Below are positions 58,743 through 64,000 of a stretch of DNA of 64,000 nucleotides, piece by piece. Position 1 is the first letter of the stretch. Each line of letters opens with the position of its first letter. The notes beneath the pieces were generated by a model. The model had not been told where the DNA came from. It did no database searches and worked only from the letters and a program-made list of their open reading frames with translations. The stretch comes from a bacterium. Its GTDB lineage: Bacteria > Hydrothermota > 32-111. The stretch lies in NCBI GenBank assembly GCA_050239825.1, contig JBFXGO010000006.1:1-64000 (forward strand), given 5' to 3'. The translations under genes were made by a program, and so were the position numbers.

Positions 58743-60100
58743 CATTCTTTGCAAAAGAATCGCTTCTGCTTCTTCTTTTAATACCAATACTCATAATCAT
58801 TCTTCTCTTCATGAGAAAAAAAAGCGAGGACTCCGAATACCCGTTCGTAAAAATATTTAGCTCAAAGAGCACAAGAAAAAATTCATTCAGGTCATTTCTT
58901 GCTAAAATCCTCAGAATTCTTCTTTTTGTATCAACCCTCATATCCCTGATTTTTTCCCTTTCCGGAATTAATTTAGTTTCAGACAAAGTTGAACATCTTA
59001 TAATCTATGTGGATTACACTCCGCTTATGAAATTGTCAGAATCGGATATCAATGCATTCATCGATTCTTTGCGGGGAGATGAAGGTTATAGGCAGATTCA
59101 TCTGTATATAAACAACGAGAAAATAAAATATCCTGTACCTGATGGAGCAATACCCGATCCTGCATTGATTGAAAAGGAGACAGTGGCAAGAAGAACAGCA
59201 GATTTGATTTTCAGTTTAAGGTCCAATTCCGTGAAATCAGTCATAATATCAGACAGGCAGTTCGAGAGATTCAATTTAGAGACAGATTTGATTGTGAAAA
59301 GGAGCATTCCCAAGGTTTTGATTGTGCAGGTGGCTCCCGCTGTACTGCTATACAGCTCCGTAAAGATGCCTGTCGAAATAAAATTCAAAGACAAGACAGG
59401 AAGAACTTCAAAAATAATTGCAAAGGCAGAACCCGGATTTAACAGAGTGTATCCTCCTGAAAAAAAATTTTTGGCGGTGAGTTGCCTATATGATTCAGTT
59501 ATTCTTGAAAAAGAGATTTCCATTTCGGAAAAAAGAGTAAATGATAGGACAGAAAATGAATTTGTAAAAAAACTTTTAAAGGCTCTTGAAATAAAAGATG
59601 ATAGGAATTCTGAAATAGGAATATCTTTTGACATGGACATTGAAAAGGGCATTGTTTTTTCACTCAAAAATGAAAAGGAGTGCAAAAAAAACACTCTCTT
59701 GTCGGATGACAGAAATTTAGACATCTCAGTTGACGAATTGAACAGGAATCTTGAATACTCATCTCTTTACGAGATTCCCGGAAAACCTTTGATTTTCACA
59801 GCTAACGGTGAAAAAGTATTATCCAAAGAGGGTGATTTATATTTTGTTGCCTTGCCTCTCGATACGTTAAAATCGAATTTTGTCTTTACCCCCTCATTTG
59901 TTTTTCTTATGAATAAAATGCTTGAAGAGATGTATGACGGGGGCAGTTCAAATTCGGATGCAGATTTAAAGTACCGCAGAGAGCTGACCGAACCTTATTA
60001 CGACCGCCTCTCTGATTATTCACCTCCCAAGGAAAGGGACATATCATTTGTATTTATTCTGCTTTCTGTTATACTATTAATGATTTTGATATTTACTTAA
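58739..60100 (+). CDS. BatA-like membrane-anchored protein
   Basis: MTF..LLLLIPILIIIL N-terminus, second TM, C-terminal TM; follows DUF58. Confidence 0.55.
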   Translation: MTFFAKESLLLLLLIPILIIILLFMRKKSEDSEYPFVKIFSSKSTRKNSFRSFLAKILRILLFVSTLISLIFSLSGINLVSDKVEHLIIYVDYTPLMKLSESDINAFIDSLRGDEGYRQIHLYINNEKIKYPVPDGAIPDPALIEKETVARRTADLIFSLRSNSVKSVIISDRQFERFNLETDLIVKRSIPKVLIVQVAPAVLLYSSVKMPVEIKFKDKTGRTSKIIAKAEPGFNRVYPPEKKFLAVSCLYDSVILEKEISISEKRVNDRTENEFVKKLLKALEIKDDRNSEIGISFDMDIEKGIVFSLKNEKECKKNTLLSDDRNLDISVDELNRNLEYSSLYEIPGKPLIFTANGEKVLSKEGDLYFVALPLDTLKSNFVFTPSFVFLMNKMLEEMYDGGSSNSDADLKYRRELTEPYYDRLSDYSPPKERDISFVFILLSVILLMILIFT

Positions 60101-60131
60101 AAGACATTTAATTCAGTTAAAGGAGTTTAAG

Positions 60132-60257
60132 ATGCCAAGAAAAGGAACCGTAAAACCGTCATCACACAGAAGTTCAATCACTGAAAAATTCGCAAGTCCG
60201 AAATTCGGAAAACAGAAGCAGAAACCGTCCGAAAAGAAGTCAGACAAGAGAAAATAG
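60132..60257 (+). CDS. Small basic protein, 41 aa (not in ORF track)
   Basis: AAGGAG SD then ATG; MPRKGTVKPSSHRSSITEKFASPKFGKQKQKPSEKKSDKRK. Confidence 0.5.
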   Translation: MPRKGTVKPSSHRSSITEKFASPKFGKQKQKPSEKKSDKRK

Positions 60258-60286
60258 GATTTGTTGTTTGTTCTCACACAAGACTC

Positions 60287-60315
60287 TTGAAAAAAGGTGC
60301 GTAATATGGTATATT
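60287..60315 (+). promoter_or_regulatory. Sigma70-like promoter for ppiD-tRNA-tyrS
   Basis: TTGAAA, 17 nt, TATATT with upstream TG. Confidence 0.55.
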
Positions 60316-60347
60316 AAACATCTTTATAATACAAAGGAGATGCCTTT

Positions 60348-62132
60348 ATGATGACGAAACTAAGAAAAAACATGACAGTTATCTTTGTGATAGTTATAGT
60401 TGCATTTGTACTGCTGATGTTCTTCCAGTGGGGAATGGACATTTCAAGCTCAAGCAATCCGGAACGCGGCGACTATGTGGGCACTGTCAACAAAACAAAG
60501 ATATCGTCAAACACTCTTAACAGCGTCTACCTCGACATGAGGAAAAATTATCTTGAGGGCAACAACAAGACAAATATTGATGCAAGAACCGAAAAAATGC
60601 TTCTCGACCAGGCTTTTGACAAGATTGTCAGCGAAATAATGTTTGAAGAGATACAGAACAAATACGGATACAACTCGACAGATGAAGAGATTACAAACAT
60701 TGTCAGCAATATTCCGCCTCAAGAGCTCAGGGAAGACAAGAGATTCTACAAAGAGGACGGCACATTTGACTTTGATCTTTACAAACAGATGATATCCGAC
60801 CCGCAGAACAGGCAGTTCTTTGTGAGCTACTACATGCAGATAAAGGAGCAGCTTCCCAAGATTAAGATACAGACGGATTTGCTCTCGGGAATAAAGGTTC
60901 AGAGCGATGAAGTGGGACGAGCTTTAAGATTCAATGAATCAAAGTTTCAGGTAGAGTATATGGTTGTTCCGACAGTGGTTGAATCACCCATATCAGTCTC
61001 TGATGAAGAGGCAAAATCATACTTTGACAACAACAGGTATCAGTTTGTCAGGAATCCGGAGGCGGTGATTTCTCTCGTCGCAATACCTAAAACCCCATCT
61101 TCACAGGATATTCTAACATCAAAGGAGAACATTGACGGTCTCAGAACTGATATAATCAATGGCAATATAACATTTGAAAAAGCGGCAGAGCTTTACTCAG
61201 AAGATTACGGAAGCGCAGTTCAGGGCGGTTCTCTCGGCTGGTTTAAAAAGAATGCAATGGTAAAAGAGTTCAATGACGCAGTATTTGCAATGAAGAAAGG
61301 AGAGGTCTCTGCTCCAGTAAGAACTCAGTTTGGATGGCACATAATAAAGTGCGATGACAGACGCGCTGATTCCGTCAAAGCAAGCCATATTCTTATTTCA
61401 ATAGCTCCTTCGATGGAGACTGTTGATGCTATAAAGAAGAACGCAGAATTGATACAGAGCAGGATGAAGAGTGAGGGATTTGAATCTGTGGCCTCCGCAG
61501 AATCTTTGGAGATAATAACGACAATGCCCTTTAATCCAAAAAAGAATCAGATAGCAGAGCTTGGCAGTAATGCTCCAAAGCTTATTAACTTCTCATTAAG
61601 TGCAAAAGTGCAGGACCTGAGTCCCGTGGTTGAACTCTCTGATTATTTTGTGATTGCCCGCCTTGATGCAAAAGTAGAGGGCGGCATGCCCGAATATGAA
61701 GAGGCAAAAGAGACAGTGAAGAATGTTATTATTACAAAGAAAAGGAAGATACTCTCCGCAGTTAACCTTTCATCTATGGTGAAGAGCATTGAACAGAGCA
61801 AGACATCTCTTGAAGGCTTCGCGGCGAAGAATAAAATGAATTATTACAAAACAGGTCTTGTAACTGCAAAGGATAGACTGTCAGAGGTTTCTGCCAATTC
61901 ACCGCTTTTCGGCGCAATTTTTGCTGCTGAACAGAACAAGTACTTCTATGTCACCGGCGAAAATACAGGTTATGTTTTCAGAGTCCTGAAGACCGAGGAG
62001 ATAGCACAGGAGAATGTCCAGAAACTCTTTGAAACATACTATCAAACAATAATGCAGAAAAAACAGCAGGCGATTGCTACGGATTGGATGAGAAACCTTA
62101 AGAGCAAGTACACAGTCAAAGATTACAGATAA
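60348..62132 (+). CDS. PpiD/SurA-family peptidyl-prolyl isomerase
   Basis: N-terminal TM; parvulin motifs YSED..GGSLGWF, RTQFGWHII, ASHILI. Confidence 0.88.
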   Translation: MMTKLRKNMTVIFVIVIVAFVLLMFFQWGMDISSSSNPERGDYVGTVNKTKISSNTLNSVYLDMRKNYLEGNNKTNIDARTEKMLLDQAFDKIVSEIMFEEIQNKYGYNSTDEEITNIVSNIPPQELREDKRFYKEDGTFDFDLYKQMISDPQNRQFFVSYYMQIKEQLPKIKIQTDLLSGIKVQSDEVGRALRFNESKFQVEYMVVPTVVESPISVSDEEAKSYFDNNRYQFVRNPEAVISLVAIPKTPSSQDILTSKENIDGLRTDIINGNITFEKAAELYSEDYGSAVQGGSLGWFKKNAMVKEFNDAVFAMKKGEVSAPVRTQFGWHIIKCDDRRADSVKASHILISIAPSMETVDAIKKNAELIQSRMKSEGFESVASAESLEIITTMPFNPKKNQIAELGSNAPKLINFSLSAKVQDLSPVVELSDYFVIARLDAKVEGGMPEYEEAKETVKNVIITKKRKILSAVNLSSMVKSIEQSKTSLEGFAAKNKMNYYKTGLVTAKDRLSEVSANSPLFGAIFAAEQNKYFYVTGENTGYVFRVLKTEEIAQENVQKLFETYYQTIMQKKQQAIATDWMRNLKSKYTVKDYR

Positions 62133-62141
62133 AGGATAAAT

Positions 62142-62214
62142 GGCGGCATAGCTCAGCCGGTAGAGCAGTGGAATCATAATCCACGTGTCCGGGGTTCGAA
62201 TCCCTGTGCCGTCA
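62142..62214 (+). tRNA. tRNA-Met(CAT), elongator type
   Basis: GGCGGCATAGCTCAG...GTGGA-ATCATAA-TCCAC...GGTTCGAATCC...TGCCGTCA; lacks initiator features. Confidence 0.92.
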
Positions 62215-62230
62215 TTTTTTTAAAGAGAAT

Positions 62231-63430
62231 ATGGACATACAAAAACAGATAGAGCTTCTTTCACAGGGAACGGTGGATATACTTCCTGAAAACGGATTGA
62301 AGGAGAAGCTTCTAAAATCTCAAAAAACAAACATTCCGCTGAGAGTCAAGCTCGGCATTGACGCATCGGGACCCGATATTCATCTTGGATTTGCAATACC
62401 TTTGAGAAAACTGAGATTGTTTCAGGATATGGGACACACGGCTGTATTGATATTCGGCGATTTTACAGGAAAGATAGGAGACCCCACCGGAAAGAATAAG
62501 ACAAGACCTCAGCTTACAGACGAAGAGGTAATTAGGAATCTTGAGAATTATAAAGAGCAGGTATTCGGGATTCTCAAAGAAAATAAAACTGAGATAAGAT
62601 TAAACGGTGAATGGTCTGATGCTTTGAAGCCGACGGACATTGTCAAACTTGCATCCAAATTTACTGTTGCGAGGATGCTTGAAAGAGACTATTTTTCCGA
62701 AAGATACAAGAGCGGGGTTCCGATTTCCATCCATGAATTTTTGTATCCGCTGTTTCAGGCCTATGATTCAGTGGCCGTAAAGGCGGATATTGAACTTGGA
62801 GGCACTGACCAGAAGTTCAATCTGCTCCTCGGAAGGGAGATTCAGGAATCTTATGGAGTCGAGCAGCAGATAATTATGACTATGCCTCTTCTTGAAGGCA
62901 TTGACGGCGTGAGAAAGATGTCAAAAAGCTACGGAAATTACATCGGCATTAAGGAATCACCTAAGGAGATGTTCGGAAAAACAATGTCAATACCTGACAA
63001 TCTCATTGTGAAATATATGACTCTAACCACAAACATGTCTTTGAGTGATATAAAGAGTGTTGAAGATAGTTTGAAAGCAGGGGATAATCCGAGGAATTTC
63101 AAAGTGATGCTCGCAAAAGAGATAATAAAATTGTATCATTCTGAAAAATCCGCAGAAGAGGCCGAGGAGGAGTTCAACCGAATATTCAAGGAGAAAGGGC
63201 TTCCGGATGAAATAGAGGAGAGAGCGGTAAACAAGGATATGGATTACAAACTCTCCAATCTTTTAAAGGATCTGAAGCTTGTAGAATCAACCTCAGAGGC
63301 GGGCAGAATTATAAAACAGGGCGGTGTGAAGATAAATTCGGTGTCAGTTGCTGACTTCAACTATATGTACAAACCTAAGAGCGGCGATATCCTTCAAGTG
63401 GGAAAAAAGCGCTTTGTCAAAATCATATAG
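62231..63430 (+). CDS. tyrS: Tyrosine--tRNA ligase
   Basis: IHLG, IGDPTG, YPLFQAYD, GGTDQ, KMSKS, C-terminal S4 domain. Confidence 0.97.
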   Translation: MDIQKQIELLSQGTVDILPENGLKEKLLKSQKTNIPLRVKLGIDASGPDIHLGFAIPLRKLRLFQDMGHTAVLIFGDFTGKIGDPTGKNKTRPQLTDEEVIRNLENYKEQVFGILKENKTEIRLNGEWSDALKPTDIVKLASKFTVARMLERDYFSERYKSGVPISIHEFLYPLFQAYDSVAVKADIELGGTDQKFNLLLGREIQESYGVEQQIIMTMPLLEGIDGVRKMSKSYGNYIGIKESPKEMFGKTMSIPDNLIVKYMTLTTNMSLSDIKSVEDSLKAGDNPRNFKVMLAKEIIKLYHSEKSAEEAEEEFNRIFKEKGLPDEIEERAVNKDMDYKLSNLLKDLKLVESTSEAGRIIKQGGVKINSVSVADFNYMYKPKSGDILQVGKKRFVKII

Positions 63431-63992
63431 CCTGCTTATACTGCTTATTTTCTGTTTAGGTATAGATTCAAAGACTTTTGAGGGATTGTATTCTGTCAAG
63501 ATATTTCCCTACTCGGGTTCTTCGGAGATTTACTCCTACATTAACAATGATACTCTAATGGTTGAATATGAGACCAAGGTGGCATTCAATACAGTTAAAG
63601 CGAAGAACAGAGCCAAGATTCTGCTTGAACCTTTAAAAGTCATTTCCATACACTCTGAATACAGTAAAATCGGAGTTAAGAGCACGGGCTATATTATTTT
63701 TGAGGATTCAATTATTAAAACATACATGTCGGATGCAAAAAACAAAACAAAAAGATACAAAGCAGATAAACAACCCAATGACTGGCTTACGCTTCCTTTT
63801 TTTCTAAAACTTTACGGCGATGAGTATTATTCATGCTCCATGATACACGGAGATTTTGATTTACAGAAGAAAATAAATGCAGGCGCAGTTGAATGGACGA
63901 CAGATGCCGGAGATCTGATTGTCAGGTTTGAAGATGGAGTCTTCACATATCTGAAGGCGGGAAAAATCGAGATGAAAAGAGTGGGGAGATAA
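63414..63992 (+). CDS. Hypothetical exported protein
   Basis: Probable TTG start at 63414 followed by hydrophobic signal-like segment LLILLIFCLG. Confidence 0.5.
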   Translation: MSKSYSLLILLIFCLGIDSKTFEGLYSVKIFPYSGSSEIYSYINNDTLMVEYETKVAFNTVKAKNRAKILLEPLKVISIHSEYSKIGVKSTGYIIFEDSIIKTYMSDAKNKTKRYKADKQPNDWLTLPFFLKLYGDEYYSCSMIHGDFDLQKKINAGAVEWTTDAGDLIVRFEDGVFTYLKAGKIEMKRVGR

Positions 63993-64000
63993 ATGGAGCT

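Noticed and set aside
1..64000. CRISPR arrays, rRNA, IS elements, prophage genes
   Set aside because: No regularly spaced repeats or corresponding genes seen; nearly all sequence is accounted for by the listed genes.

Overview
AT-rich, gene-dense bacterial chromosome segment. Gene content and the FCB-type SecA suggest an uncultured lineage such as WOR-3/TA06 (inference). It has three long gene runs. (1) A + strand run (2019-19275) behind a perfect sigma70 promoter: TPR protein, efp, PilT/PilU ATPase, MglA GTPase, a double DnaA/Hda-like AAA+ protein, a DUF4388/MshEN-like/TPR protein, CheR-CheD-CheB-TPR-CheW (no CheA, CheY or chemoreceptor), pgpA-cinA-thpR-recA-recX, SPFH, DUF401 and a lipoprotein. 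(2) A - strand housekeeping run (39187 to 19259): tRNA-Lys, cNMP-binding protein, tRNA-Glu, tRNA-Val, thrS, L20 leader, infC (AUC start), rpmI, rplT, lipoprotein, zapB/zapA, 6S RNA, rny, ymdB, folD, xseAB, ispA, DUF212, dxs, secA, ligA, two-domain thyX. (3) A + strand run (43040-60100): yceD-rpmF-plsX-fabH-fabD-fabG-acpP-fabF-rnc-etfBA, a surface-glycosylation cluster and DUF58/BatA-like genes. It is followed by a small basic ORF, ppiD, tRNA-Met and tyrS. Between runs 2 and 3 lies an AT-rich islet with candidate anti-RBS small RNAs, an AAA_14/DUF4143 ATPase and a GT-C-type membrane protein. The best candidate for an undescribed system is the PilT-MglA-DnaA-like-DUF4388-CheRDBW locus. No CRISPR array, rRNA or transposase was seen. 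All family assignments come from motif recognition by eye, not database searches.
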